64,000 bases of DNA from contig JBHGNT010000004.1 of NCBI GenBank assembly GCA_043228905.1, forward strand, positions 24,180,001-24,244,000, written 5' to 3'. A program made the translations under genes and the position numbers. Origin of the DNA: Azolla caroliniana. Taxonomy: Eukaryota > Plantae > Polypodiophyta. The notes below the pieces were generated by a model. It ran no database searches, was not told the origin of the DNA, and saw only the letters and a list, made by a program, of their open reading frames with translations. Shown here in pieces: positions 23,146 through 35,936 of the stretch (the stretch's first letter is position 1; each line of letters begins with the position of its first letter).

Positions 23146-25272
23146 TCAAAAATCCTCCCGGCTTTCGCCCCCGAGGGTCTCATGGTTCCTCTCATGGTTC
23201 GGTCTCACCGTCAGGAACTGGACCGAGTGACGCCCATCCTGGCTCTTGACCCTCGCATAGGCCGAGCCGTTGTCCAGCACCTTGGTCTCCATCCGTGCGG
23301 CCGTGATGTACGGTTCTCCGAGTATAACCGGATGTGAGGACGTCTCCTGCACGAAGAAGTGTTGGTCAATCTCGACATCGCCGATCTTTACTTGTACATT
23401 CGGGCAGGCTCCATGCAGTTCTTCAGTGGCACGCATCACCGCACGTATTTTCCACCCGTGCTTGGTGTTGATCGGCCATTTCCCCTTCTTATAGAAGTCC
23501 ATGGACATCAAATTGATTTCGGAACCGTGGTCCACCAACGCCACCACCGGTTCATGAACATCTCCGATCTTCAGGGGGGTCTCCGTGGTCGCTCTGGCCC
23601 AGTGCGGCCTCGAATAGTGGCTCTCCGCCAACTCGTCTTCCAACGCCATGTCCTCTATGTGCGTCGTTCGCACCTCCATCGACTTCTTCGGTTCTGTCTC
23701 CGTCGACAGCCTCTTCCTCTTCACCAAGTCTACGATGGAGTCGTGGAACTCCTTCTTGGCGATCCCGAGCACTTCCTGGAGCGAAAGTTCCACCTTGTTG
23801 TCGAGGATTCGTTCTTCCAGGACCTTTCGTAGGTCCGTGGATCTTTCGATTTCTGTGCCCAGCCGGTACCCGCCCCTCTTGGGATTATCCTGGGCACTGG
23901 TTACATCGGCCTCATTCCGCCTTTGCCCGAATCGAGTTTCATATCGTTGCGAGGGCCCAGCCCCTCCGGTTTTCCCTACCCGCTTGTCCTCCACCAGAGC
24001 CTCGTATTTTTGACAAGCGGCTTCGACGAAGCCTGTCTTTTCTTCCACCGGGTCACTCCACCCAGTTACCTCCCGGACCCGTTTTTCCGCGCGGTCCGCC
24101 TCTTCTTTCCTTAGTCGTGTGCCGGCGAGGCCTTCTAGCATCGTTGGCCAGAACCCGGTTTTGTTCTTCTTCGGGGCCTCGCCACCTCCGACCCGAATAC
24201 CAGCTGACGCCGAGTAGTGGACGGTCTCCGCGTGACGAGTCGCCGCCTCCTCCATCAACCTTTTCATACCTCCTCGCCCGACGTTCAGGTCCAGGGCCCT
24301 TCGGGTCTCGTTGGCGTGCACCTGACCGTCCCATAGGTACACCACGTTGCTTCTCATCGCCTCAGCGAAGTCCCCGCAATCCTTCCGGATGTGGCCAACC
24401 ATGTCACACCACATGCACCTGTTTCCAGCCAGAGGTCGTCGGTCACGGCCCTGTTCACTACCGTCCCTCCGTGCCTGGGCGATCTGGAGATCCTTTACCA
24501 TCCGTGTCAGTTCCTTCAGAGTTGCTCCCCCGGACGAGCCCTTGACCATGCTGGTTGAAGCCGATCCGGTCTCGAGCCAATCTCGGGTCTCTTCCCTTCG
24601 CGTTGGTGGTGTTGGCTTGAGCTTCCTCGCTGTGACAGAGCCTGCCCCTGTCGATCCTTTGTCAACCCATTCCCGCCGTTTGTCGAAACAGCCATAGACC
24701 CTTTTCACCACGGCCCAGTCGGTCGTCAGCCCGTCATCAGTCTCCAATAGGAGGCCTACCTGCTCCCGATCCCGCTCATCAACTGACTTAACAAACAATA
24801 GGACACGACTTGTGTCCAAAACGGTCCAGTCAAGCACCGAGAGGCGTGCGAAACATTCCTCAAACTCCCGGAGGAGCACCGACGCGTTCCTTCCTTTGTC
24901 GGGGGTCTCCACCCACTCCATGAAGTCCCGCTTCGAAAGTCGAAGCGCATCTTCAAGCCCGTATTTTTCGAGGAGCCGACCTTCGAACTCCTCCCAGGTC
25001 CGGCTCTCGGCCCGTACCTCGAGCACCTCCGTATGGATACCCGGCATCGCCACTCGAGGGAATCCGGCTAGACGCCTCTCTTCCGGAATGTCCCTCATTA
25101 CCATCTCAGCCCGGTAGGACGCCAAGTAGCTCGTGGCATCCTTCCCACTAAATCGGCCGATCGTACCGACAACCGCCTCGATAGTCCTATCAAGGGCGCT
25201 GGTGCCTTCACGCGCACTCACTATACGGTCTACAGCCGAAGCCATGGCTTCTGCAAGGTCCGACCCCCTCAT
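23146..25272 (-). CDS. gag: Element C gag-protease (708 aa, open)
   Basis: Colinear with 11794-13920. Confidence 0.9.
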   Translation of the reverse strand: MRGSDLAEAMASAVDRIVSAREGTSALDRTIEAVVGTIGRFSGKDATSYLASYRAEMVMRDIPEERRLAGFPRVAMPGIHTEVLEVRAESRTWEEFEGRLLEKYGLEDALRLSKRDFMEWVETPDKGRNASVLLREFEECFARLSVLDWTVLDTSRVLLFVKSVDERDREQVGLLLETDDGLTTDWAVVKRVYGCFDKRREWVDKGSTGAGSVTARKLKPTPPTRREETRDWLETGSASTSMVKGSSGGATLKELTRMVKDLQIAQARRDGSEQGRDRRPLAGNRCMWCDMVGHIRKDCGDFAEAMRSNVVYLWDGQVHANETRRALDLNVGRGGMKRLMEEAATRHAETVHYSASAGIRVGGGEAPKKNKTGFWPTMLEGLAGTRLRKEEADRAEKRVREVTGWSDPVEEKTGFVEAACQKYEALVEDKRVGKTGGAGPSQRYETRFGQRRNEADVTSAQDNPKRGGYRLGTEIERSTDLRKVLEERILDNKVELSLQEVLGIAKKEFHDSIVDLVKRKRLSTETEPKKSMEVRTTHIEDMALEDELAESHYSRPHWARATTETPLKIGDVHEPVVALVDHGSEINLMSMDFYKKGKWPINTKHGWKIRAVMRATEELHGACPNVQVKIGDVEIDQHFFVQETSSHPVILGEPYITAARMETKVLDNGSAYARVKSQDGRHSVQFLTVRPNHERNHETLGGESREDF

Positions 25273-25999
25273 CTTCTACTCCTCTGCCGCCTGTTCACGT
25301 CGGGTTCACCAAATATGTCGCGTTGTTACGCGCGTGCGTGGAGAACAAGGCGGGACCACTGGGGTCTTGGACCGAGGAATAGGTGAGGAAAGGGGGAGAG
25401 AGAGAGAGAGTGCACACACGTATAGACAAAGAAGCGCACGGGGATGCGGCCCAACAACACAGGAGACACGAGTTGAGAACACTAGCGCATGTATATAAAT
25501 GTGTGTATGTATTTGTATGTATGCAGATGACTCGAACGGTTACAGCCGATCAGGTCGGCGAGATGGATGTTGGCGCCTGATCACCCACACACATAGGAGA
25601 GCAAGATGGAGATTCTGCCGGAAGCACACGAGTGTTCCACGGAGCAGGATCAGCCTCCTGAGAACCTGCACAAAAGAAAGCTATGGAGAACAACAAAGAA
25701 GAAGAGCTCGGTCCCAGTCCGACAGCACTTCATCCCCTCTAGCGCGCGATCCCCTCTCTCCCCCGTCTCCCTCTCTTTTATAGCTCAAGGAGGGAGGCCG
25801 TTTCACCCGTTTACATCACATTAATTCTCTGTCCTTTCGGACAGAGATACTCCTCGATTTCCCTTATAGAATATTGCTACCTAGGATTTAACCTTTGTGC
25901 CTACCTATCTACTATACGACAAGGGGCGTGCCCACGTGTAAGGGCCGGTTCACACACATTATACACAGTTTGCGCCTGGGGACAGTTTTCTTCACGACA

Positions 26000-27189
26000 C
26001 CGCACGTCCACAACTTTGACGAATAAAAGGACACAGCTCATGTCCAGTATGGTCCTATCCAATGCCGAAAGACGCGTGAAGCATTCTTCAAACTCTCGGA
26101 GGAGCGCCAACGCATTCCTCCCCTTTCCAGGGGTCTCCACCCAATCCATGAAGTCTCGTTTCGATAACCGTAGCACGTCATCAAGCCCGTACCATTTGAG
26201 GAGACGCGCTTCGAATTCTCCCCAAGTCCGGCATCCAGCCTACACCTCGAGCACCTCTACGTGGATGCCCGGTGTCGCCACAGGAGGGAACCCAGCTAGA
26301 CGCCTTTCCTTCGGGATGTCCCTCATCACCAGTTCGGCTCGGTAGGCCACCAAATAACTCGTGGTGTCCTTCCCATAGAACCGGCCTATTATGCCGACAA
26401 TTGCTTCAATGGCCCTGTCGAGGGCGCTCGTGCCCTCGCGAGCCCTTACTATCCGATCGATTGTTGCCACCATGGCTTCGGCGAGCTCTAATCCCCTCAT
26501 CTTCGACTCCTCTGCCGCCTTGTTTCACGCCAGGTTCACCATGCCATGTTATTCTGCACGCGCAAGAGAATCCAAGGCGGGATCGTGGGGGCCCTGAACC
26601 GGGGAATAACCGGACGAAGGGAGGAGCAACACGAAACCATGACCGAGCCGCGCGCACAAATACACAGAGAACTCACAACGAAGATCGAACAACGAATAAG
26701 GCAAATATATACTTATGATCAAGATTACAGTCGGCTAGCCGGTGAACGTCAACGCGTAGACACCAACCCACACAATGCACACGGACAACGCGAGATGGAG
26801 CCTCTAATAGAAGCACTTGGGCTTTCCACGACGTAGAGGCAACCTCCCAAAACCTGTAGAGAACAATGAAAGACAGAGGAGAAGAGCTCGGTCCCAATCC
26901 AACAGCACTTTGTCCTTGATAACACGACACCCACTCAATCCCTTTGCCTCTCCTTTTATAGCCCAATGAGAGAGAGGCGTTATAGTCTGTTACGTCACTT
27001 TTATTCTCTGTCCTTTCGGATAGAGATACTCCTCGATTCCCTACCTAATGAATACGCGTTACCTAGGAGATTCACATCACCGATCAGTACCTAACCATGT
27101 ACAATACATCAAAACATGTGCACGTGTGTAAGGGCCAGTTCACGCACACTATTCACCGATTCCTCCTAGGGACGGTTTTCTCCACGACA
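26000..27189 (-). mobile_element. Gypsy element D 5' part: LTR 26542-27189, PBS, degraded gag N-terminus
   Basis: MRGLELAEAM start at 26500; PBS 26525-26541; interrupted by C. Confidence 0.85.
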
Positions 27190-29536
27190 GCGGACCGTCG
27201 TACTAGCACGGGAGAATCCACCCTCCTTCGATCTTCAATCTATGTTATTGGTCGAAGAGAATCATGTTCAAACAAGGAGCAATGCCTCGAAAGGCCACAT
27301 GCTCTACACGCATTCAAATGGAGCAAGAGGACGTGGCCAAGCAAGAGGCCAATTCGTCCAAGGACGAGGCGGCAGACGGGGTCCGACTTACAACAACTCC
27401 CAATTTCGGCAACAAGACGGAAGCCATAGAGGAACCTTCGGAAGAAGGGGGAGCTTCCATTCCAGTTCCAGTCGACAAAACTTGATCAAATGCGGATATT
27501 GTGGAAAAATCAACCATCATGAAGAAGAGTGCCGGAAGAAGAAGCATGAGTCAGCTTCCACAAGCCGACAACTCACAAATTATGCCACTAACTCCGATTA
27601 TGAAGACCTTGGTAGAATGTTCGTGATGAGACATAGAGAAAATTCTATGTCGGCCTCTACTTCGACTAATGCCTCCAATCCGGAAAATGTATGGTTCGTC
27701 AACTTTGGTGCTTCGAACCATATGACGTCCCGTCAAGAATGGTTATGATACTTATGAGAGCCGGATTGACGCGGTTATGTCAAGACTCATCCTATTCGAC
27801 ATATTGGCAATGACCCATTCGGGGAAGACGGTGAACAAACTTGCATAAAAAATGTATTACATGACCCGCCATAATGAAGAATTTGGTCTCGATCAGCCAA
27901 ATAGTGGAGCAAGGGTTGCAAGTTCGATTGAACCAAGGTGGTTGCTTCATCGAGAAGGAAGGCCGATTCATCGCTCGGGGTCGATGGAAAGGTAGAATGT
28001 TTATCCTCGAGTCAAACGAGGTGAAATCGGCCATGTACGCAAAGGGCCTCAAACCCGACACCGACATAGAGCTATGGCATAAAAGAATCGGCCATATCAA
28101 TCTCAAAAAACTCAAGGCGATGCAATCGAAAGGAGTCGTCATCAGGCTCCCGACCTTCAAAGACAAAGAGATTGAAGGAGTATGTGAAGCATGCCAATTC
28201 GGCAAGCAACATCGAGACTCGTTCCCGAAAGAGAGGAACGTGAGCAAAGGCCTATTGGACGTGGTCCGCTCAGATGTGTGGGGACCGGCACAAACGGCTA
28301 TGTTCGGAGGATGTCGGTATTATGTTACCTTCATCGATGACTTCTCTGGATACACATGGATCTTTCCCATGAGGATGAAGAGCGAAGTGTTTACACACTT
28401 CCAAAAATTCAAAAGCGAAGTCGAAAAGACAACTCGGCGTCATGTATGATGTCTTTAGTTAGACGGAGGAAAGGAATACTTCTCCAATGCGTTCACGGCA
28501 TACCTTCGACAAGAAGGAATTCGGCGAGAATTCACTTACTGACACACACTGCAACAGAACGGTGTAGCCGAACGTAAAAATCGGCACATCCTCGAAGTAG
28601 CAAGGGCCATGCTAAATGAGAACCATATGCCCAAGTCATATTGCGTAGAACCTGCAAATACCGCCATCTACCTCATGAACTGGTACACAACATCCGGAGT
28701 GCATGAGGTCACCCCGCACGAGAAATACTACAGGAAGAAGCCAGATCTATCCCATGTAAGGATATTCGGCTCCATTGCATACGTACACATTCCCGATGAG
28801 AAGCAGCAGAAGCTTGACCCAAAATCAGAGAAGTGCATCCTCGTAGGGTACTCACTGGAGCAAAAGGGGTACAACTGCTTCAACCCCTCTACTTGGAAGA
28901 CTCGTGTAAGTCGGGATGTCGTTTTTGACAAATCGACATCATGGTACAAACCCTCCCGAACCAGCTACGAACAACCTCAACAACACAGAAGATGATGATC
29001 AACTAAGGTGAATACTCGAAGAGAGTCCGATCTCAACCAGATTGAGCGAACCACAAGAGCCTCCGAGCAACCAAAGCACATCTCGGCCAAGTCCAAAGAT
29101 GGACAAAGGGAAGGCCAAAATGCCGGAATATGAAGACGATCACTTTGACGGCAACGAATCGACTCATTCACTCGATAGTGAGTTCAATTGGTTTGATGTG
29201 CCTCTTATGAGGTCACCCACAGTTGAGAAAGCATTCACATCGGCAAATGAGAAACTCCGTCACTCCAACCGAGAGAAGAATCTGGTTAGCCGATTCGGCT
29301 ACAACGACTATATGGCATACCACTATGCCTTTATCATGAAGGTGGTAGCAATTCGAGAACCGGAGAGCTTTGCCGAAGCCGCTAAATATCCACAATGGGT
29401 CGAACCGATGAACGAGGAGATGCAAGCTCTCAACAAGAATTAGACATGGGATCTCGTCCCTCACTCACCGCACAAGAAGGTAGTCGGCTACAGATGGATA
29501 TACAAAGTGAAGTATAATGTTGACGGTTCGACTCAT
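27190..29536 (+). pseudogene. Old Ty1/Copia relic E: gag knuckle, protease, integrase and RT start
   Basis: CGYCGKINHHEEEC, WFVNFGASNHMT, LWHKRIGH, YVTFIDDFSG, KLDPKSEKC, WDLVP..WIYKVK; many stops. Confidence 0.9.
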
Positions 29537-32500
29537 TGTCATGGAGAAAACCGTCCCATCCCTAGGAGGAATCGGTGGATGGTGTACATGAACCGACCCT
29601 TACACATGAGCACATGTTTTGATATATTTACATACATGGTTAAGTACAGGTGGGCGATGTAATTATCCTAGGTAGCACGAATTCTTTAAGTAGGGAATCG
29701 AAGAGGATCTTTGTCCAAAAGGGCAGAGAATAACAATGATTTAATAGTCTGTAAACAACTCTCTCTCCTTGTGCTATAAAAGGAGGGGGGGAAGAGTTGA
29801 GTGGGGATCACACGTTTTGAGAGGACGAAGTGTCGGACTGGGAACCGAGCTCTCTCCTCCACCATCGTTGTTGTTTCTACAAGGATTTTGGGTTAGGTTG
29901 GTTGCCTCTACTTCATGTAAGCCCGCGTGCTTCCGGTAGAGGCTCCACCACGTATTTCAGCGCGTATGTTCGTCTGTGTTCAGTCTGTCACCGGCTAGCC
30001 GGTTGTAACATTGCAAGCTCTGTAATCTATACTATTATAGGAATTGATTCTTTTGTTTCTGTCTCTCTGTGTTCCTACGAATCTCTCTCCCTCACGCTCC
30101 TCGGTTTAGGGCCCCCGCAATCCCGCCTTATTTCATACGCGTGAGCGTAACAACACAACATTTATTTGGTGAACCCGACGTAAAACAAGGCAGTAGAGGA
30201 ATCGAAAATGAGGGGATTAGAGCTCGCCGAAGCCATGGCGGCAACAGTCGATCGGATAGTAAGTGCTCGCGAGGGCACGGGCGCCCTCGACAGGGTCATT
30301 GAAACAATTGTCAGCACAATAGGCCGGTTCGATGGGAAGGACGCCACGAGTTATTTGGTGGCCTACCGGTGTCGCGAAGTTTCGCGTTCGCGTGTAGGAA
30401 GAGGCGGGACCACGGGGGTCTTGGACCAAGGAGAGAGAGACAGAGAGAGAGAGAGAGAGTTGTAAGTACACAAAAAGAGATTAAGAGCAAGAAAACAGGA
30501 ATCCGATTACTATAGTCAATAGCTTACAACTCGAACAGTTACAACCGGCCACCCGATAATGGACCTGACACGGGGTCCTACTCACACACACCGACGACAG
30601 CCACACGACTCGAGGAAACAAAGGGGAAAAGGGACGAGAGAGACTCTGTTGGAAGCACACGGGCTGTCCACGAAGCAGAGGCAGCGAACTCCCGACACCC
30701 GTAGAGAACGACATTTGGAGGAGAGAGAGCTCGGCACTCGGTTCTGCAGCAGCACTTCGTCCTCGCCAACGCGCGATCCCTTCTCCTCCTTCTCTCCTCT
30801 CCTTAAATAGTTCCAAAAAGGGGGTGCCTTTTTCCCTAGTCAGAACCGCTTTATTCACTGTCCCTTTCGACAGAGATACGCACAATCCCTTAATAAATGC
30901 ACACTACCTAGTATTTACATCAGCCGACCTAATTATGAATCATGTACAAAATATCAGTTCAGCGTCCACCCGTGTAAGAGCCGGTTCATGCCCCTTTTTC
31001 CCCAATTCCGCCCATGGCCGGTTTTCTTCACGACACCGGGCCGAAATGGAGATGAGGGACATCCTGGAGGAGAGGCATAGGGCTGGGTTTCCCTAGGTAG
31101 CGACACTAGGCATCCACGCAGAGGTGCTCGAGGTGTAGGCTGGATGCCAAACCTGGGGGGAATTCGAAGCCCGGCTCCGCGAGCGGTACGGACTTGATGA
31201 CACGCTTCAGTTATCGAAACGGGACTTTATAGATTGGGTAGAAACCCCGGGAAAGGGGAGGAATGCGTCGACGCTCCTCGGGAGTTCGAGGAATGCTTTG
31301 CACGTCTTTCGGCACTGGACAGGACCGTATTGGACACGAGCCGTGTCCTTTTATTTGTCAAAGTTGTGGATGTGCAGGATCAGGAACAAGTGGGTCTCCT
31401 ACTGGAGACGAACGATGGGCTGACGGCCAATTGGGTCGTGGTAAAAGGGGTCTACGGCCGTTTTGACAAACGGCGTGAGTGGGTCAAGAAGGGCTCGTCG
31501 AGGGCAGGAGAGGTTGCGGCAAGAAACCTCGAGGGACCCCCGCTGGCATGCAAGGAGGAAACCAGGGATTGTCTTGAGACACGCTCGTCGGGCGTGGTCA
31601 AGGGCCCGTTCGGCGGAGCGGCTCTAGAAGAACTAACGCAAATGGAACGAGACCTCCAGATTGCGCAAGCGAGGAGGGATGGCAACGAGCGGCCTCGTGA
31701 CTGAAGGCCTCCGGGTGGGCATCGGTGCTTGTGGTGTGACACGGTCGGTCACGTCCGAAAGGACTACGTGGACTTCACAGAAGCAATAAGGGCTAATGTG
31801 GTGTACCTATGGAACGGGATGGTGCACACTAGCGAGACCCGGAGAGCCCTAGAGCTGAATATCAGACAGGGAGGAATGAAGAGACTGATGGAAGAAACGT
31901 CAGCGCGCCACGCAAAGACCATCCACTACTCGGTGTCGGCAGGAATCCGGGTCGGGAGTGACGAAGGCCGGAAGACGAAAGACTCCGGGTTCTGGCCGGT
32001 GGTGCTAGAAGGCCTCACCGGCGTGAGGTTGAGAAGGGAGGAAGCGAACTGTGCGGAAAGACGGGTCCCGGAGGTCACCGGGTGGAGCGATCCAGTCGAA
32101 GAAAAGACCGGCTTTGTGCAAGCCGCATGCCAGAACTACGAAGTTCTGGTAGAAGACAAGTGTGCGGGAAAAGCCGGAGGGGCCGGACCCTCGCAACGGT
32201 ACAAGACCCAATCTGGGCCGAAGCAGAATGACGTCGGTGTTGCCGGCACACCGGATAAAGCAAAGAAAGCCGGTTACTTGTTGAGCACCAAGATAGAAAG
32301 AATGACGGACCTACGGAAGGTCCTTGAGGAACAAATCCTCGACAGCAAGGTGGAGTTGTCACTGAGGGAAGTGCTTGGGATCGCCAAGAAAGAATTCAAT
32401 GACTCCATCGTGGACTTGGTGAAGCGAAAAAGGCTTTCGACGGAGCCAGAGCCGAAGAGACCGGTGGAGGTGCGAACGACGTACCTAGAAGACATGGCCC

Positions 32501-33482
32501 TAGAAGACAAGTTGGCGGAAAGCCACTATTCAAAGTTGCACTAGGCAAGAGCCACTACGAAGACCCCGGTTAGGATCGGGGACGTCCAGGAGCTGGTGGT
32601 GGCATTAGTAGACCATGGTTCGGAGATCAACTTGATGTTTATGGACTTCTACAAGAAAGGCAAGTGGCCAATCAACACCAAGCACGGGTGAAAAATACGA
32701 GCGGCGACCCGCGCCACGGAGGAGCTACATGGGGCCTGCCTGAATGTGCGGGTGAAAATCGGTGATGTCGAGATCGACCAGCACTTCTTCGTGTAGGAGA
32801 CATCCTCACATCCGGTGATACTCGGAGAACCGTACATTACGGCAGTGCGTATGGAGACGAAAGTGTTGGATAACAGTTTGGCGTACGCACGCATGAAGAG
32901 CCAAGATGGACAACACTCCATCCAATTCCTGACTGTGCGACCGAACCATGAGCGCAACCGCGAGACCCTCGGCGACGAAAGCCGACGGGATTTTTAGAGA
33001 GGGCTATCAAGGCGTGGGGCCACGATAGTCCGGACGCCCCAGAGGATCCCCACCCCAGAGCGACAATGAGGATACGCCCAAGTCAAGCGCGAACTGTGGG
33101 GTATCGTTTCGGCGGTCAAGGCCGACAAAGACTACCTGATCAGGACAGAGATAATAATCGAGACGAACTACCTACTGATTCTCGATATGGTTTCCGGATG
33201 CGCGACTCCAGACCTGGCAATGCTTAGGTGCATCGCATACATCAAGTCTCTAAATCCGGAGATACGACACATCTCCGGTAAAGACAACACCATGGCGATA
33301 TGCTTTCAAGAGCACGGTTCGACGACGAAGACGGCATGGTTTCGGAGATGAAGAAGTTGGTGAGGACTTCTTCGAGTTCGCTCGCATAGCAGCGAGGGCT
33401 GGGAGCACTCCGGTGCTTAATGAGTTCAACGAGAGCAAGTACGACGGGGAGTCACTCCAGATCAGTGGGTTACTAAAGAGTC
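29537..33482 (+). mobile_element. Gypsy element F, degraded: LTR 29537-30160, PBS, gag 30208-32997, RT deleted, RNase H remnant
   Basis: PBS 30167-30183; gag motifs with stops; GGATTTT at 32988; jump into RNase H at ~33057. Confidence 0.87.
30370..31035 (-). mobile_element. Gypsy solo LTR G, TSD CCGG
   Basis: tgtcg..cgaca termini; ccgg at 30366-30369 and 31036-31039; splits YR|AEM of the F gag. Confidence 0.92.
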
Positions 33483-33489
33483 ATGAACG

Positions 33490-34322
33490 TGTTACACTTC
33501 CAGACAATTGTTGTACGTTTTAGGGTTAGGGTTAGTGATAATTATGATAGCATGATTATAATGATGATTGATAATGACGAAGATAGACATGGTGTAATAA
33601 TGAAGATGATGGATAGTATGATGGTGAGAGAGATCATAAAGATGTTGACAAGCATTGAGGGGTGGGGGGTGGTGCCTAGAATGGCTCCACCCCCCTCCCA
33701 AGGGGGTTCAACGTTAAGGGAGAGAGAGAGAGAGGTTGAAAGATGTCAAAGAGAGGGAGAGAGAGAAATGGTTATTGTTGTATTCATTCATAATTTCCCC
33801 ATAAGGGGTTAAATAGGTACAAAGGGGTAGATCCACAAGGGTGCAAGCCCCCTTGGCATTCATACCTAGTCACTCACTCACACCTCTTTGTATCTACCAC
33901 ACTCACACTTACATTCACACTCATAATCGTATAAAATCACACATACATATCAACACATTACATCTTTCACCCTCACTTATCAATCACCCGTACATCTTGT
34001 ACGGTAACACAATATGGCATGCCCGTGGGAGACTGCCTTGCACGTCGATCCCACATGCCTTGATCATAATCTTTCTTCGACCGGAACTTCCATCACTCCT
34101 CTCAACTATCGACTCCGTCGATCGGAGCGCTTGACTTGAACATCTTTGTCAGTCATCGAATCTTCATCGACACGAACATTCTCGTTCTGTCGTTCACGAA
34201 CTTCGGTAACATCAACGATCGACTCCCTCAATCGGAGCGCTTGACTCGAACATCTCCGTCGGTCAACAAATCTTCATCGACACGAACATTCTCGTTCTAT
34301 CAGTTCACGAACTTCGGTAACA
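33490..34322. mobile_element. Probable LTR of an unrelated family (TGTTAC..GTAACA)
   Basis: 6-bp terminal inverted repeat and (AG)n, but no TSD or PBS found. Confidence 0.4.
34121..34322. repeat. 111-bp tandem repeat, about 2 units
   Basis: atcggagcgcttgac occurs at 34121 and 34232. Confidence 0.85.
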
Positions 34323-35936
34323 TTATGTGTGTTCTTCTTTGTATCTTGTGAGTCGCGTGTGGATCGTGTCCATTTCTTTTCGGTTCATGAGTTTTTGAAA
34401 TTCCGTACGTGGTCTTTGATTTTTAAAATTTTAATTATGTACCCTTATGTTTATGAAATATGCTCGTTATACCCTCATGTATCTAGAATTCCAACAATGC
34501 CCTTAGGTTTGTTTTTCAAAATTTCTTGGATGTCCTCAGTTTCCAAATTCCTAGGACCTCAAGAGTTTCAACGAAAGGGAAACAAGAAGAAAGATCAAGT
34601 GCCTGCAGTCGGATGGCGGAAAAGAGTACTTTTCCGGTTAATTCAACGGGTATCTACAACAAATAGGAATTCGACGCGAATTCAATTGCAGATATACGCC
34701 GGAGCAAAACGGAGTAGCCGAAAGGAAAAATCGGTCGGTTGTGGAAGCGGCGCAGGAAATACTTGAAGAAAAGAGCTTGCCCAAGTTTTATTGGGCCGAG
34801 GCAGTACGAACCGCGGTCTACATCCAGAACCGGATCGAAGAAAAAGTGTCAGCGCATGAGCTATACTTTGGAATGAAGCTGAATCTACGACACTTGAGAG
34901 TTTTTGGTAGCATTGCATATGTGCCTGTGCCGAAGGAGAAACGGAGGAAGTTGGACGCGAAAGCCGAGAAGTGTATCTTGGTCGGCTATTCGAACAAGCA
35001 GAAGGGTTATAAGTGTTATAACCCTCGCACCAAACAAGCACGTGTGAGCCGCAATGTTGTGTTTGACGAGTCCACGTCTTGGTACTTGCCTCCGACTCTA
35101 AACCTCACCTCCAATCCGAGTTCTGACGATGAGGTCAGCGAGGCCAAGATGCCTCCGGATGAGCCTGAAATCGGCACCCGTGAAGAGAGTCTAATTTCAT
35201 TTCAGTTAAGCGGACCGAATGGACGACTGAGTCAGTTCGACTAGTCCAATGAAGAGCCGGCAAGTAGTGGAGACTCGGTCGTGCAATCCCCACTCAGGAA
35301 GCCGAGGAGATGGCTTACGCGCAAGGAAAAAGGGAAGAAGAAGGTGTCGAACTACGGTGTCGTGAAGATTTTCGGCAATAGTGTGAAAATCCCATAAAAC
35401 GTACGAAATCGAGTATGAATCACGTAATACAATAATTGTGAAGATAACATTTTTAATATCTAAGTACAAAATGATGGAGGTTTCGAATGCACTTTATTAC
35501 ACGAGAAATGGATAACTAAATGTCAAGATATGAGGGTATAAAGTTTGTGAAAAGAAAAGAGAAAATTGTGAGATATCCCACATAGGCACGACAAATACGG
35601 CTCTCATCATATATAAGGTGAAGCAAAAGATATTATCTTTGTGTCTATGTGTGGAGCATAGAGAGTTCAAGTTAACTTGAACTAAGAGTGGAGATGGCTA
35701 GCTACTTGTAAAGGGTTTTGGCCAACCAAAACCGGACCGGCGATGGAGCCGGTGATCCGACGGCATCCGACCGCAATCCGGCGGCGGCATGTGGCACTAG
35801 TATCCGGCGAGGCATCGGTAACCGTCGGCATCCGGCGGCGGCATCCAGCAGCGGCACCGGTATCCGGTGACCGACGGCATCCGTCGACTAGATAAAATAA
35901 ATATATGAATATATATACATATTTACATATACAAGG

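Larger units (their letters stand above)
7608..25999 (-). mobile_element. Gypsy element C: 5' LTR 25316-25999, truncated 3' LTR 7608-7890; hosts A, B and a solo LTR
   Basis: 7608-7890 matches 25717-25999. PBS at 25295-25311. Pol pieces at 7967-8109, 19528-20511 and 20804-23155 join once the inserts are removed. Confidence 0.9.

Noticed and set aside
8170-25500. Many antisense and alternate-frame ORFs (e.g. 13859-14635, 14741-15676, 22449-23249)
   Set aside because: They are shadows of GC-rich gag/pol codon usage, have no domains, and differ in extent between copies.
33518-33535. Telomere or chromosome-healing site
   Set aside because: Under three mixed units inside a probable repeat element.
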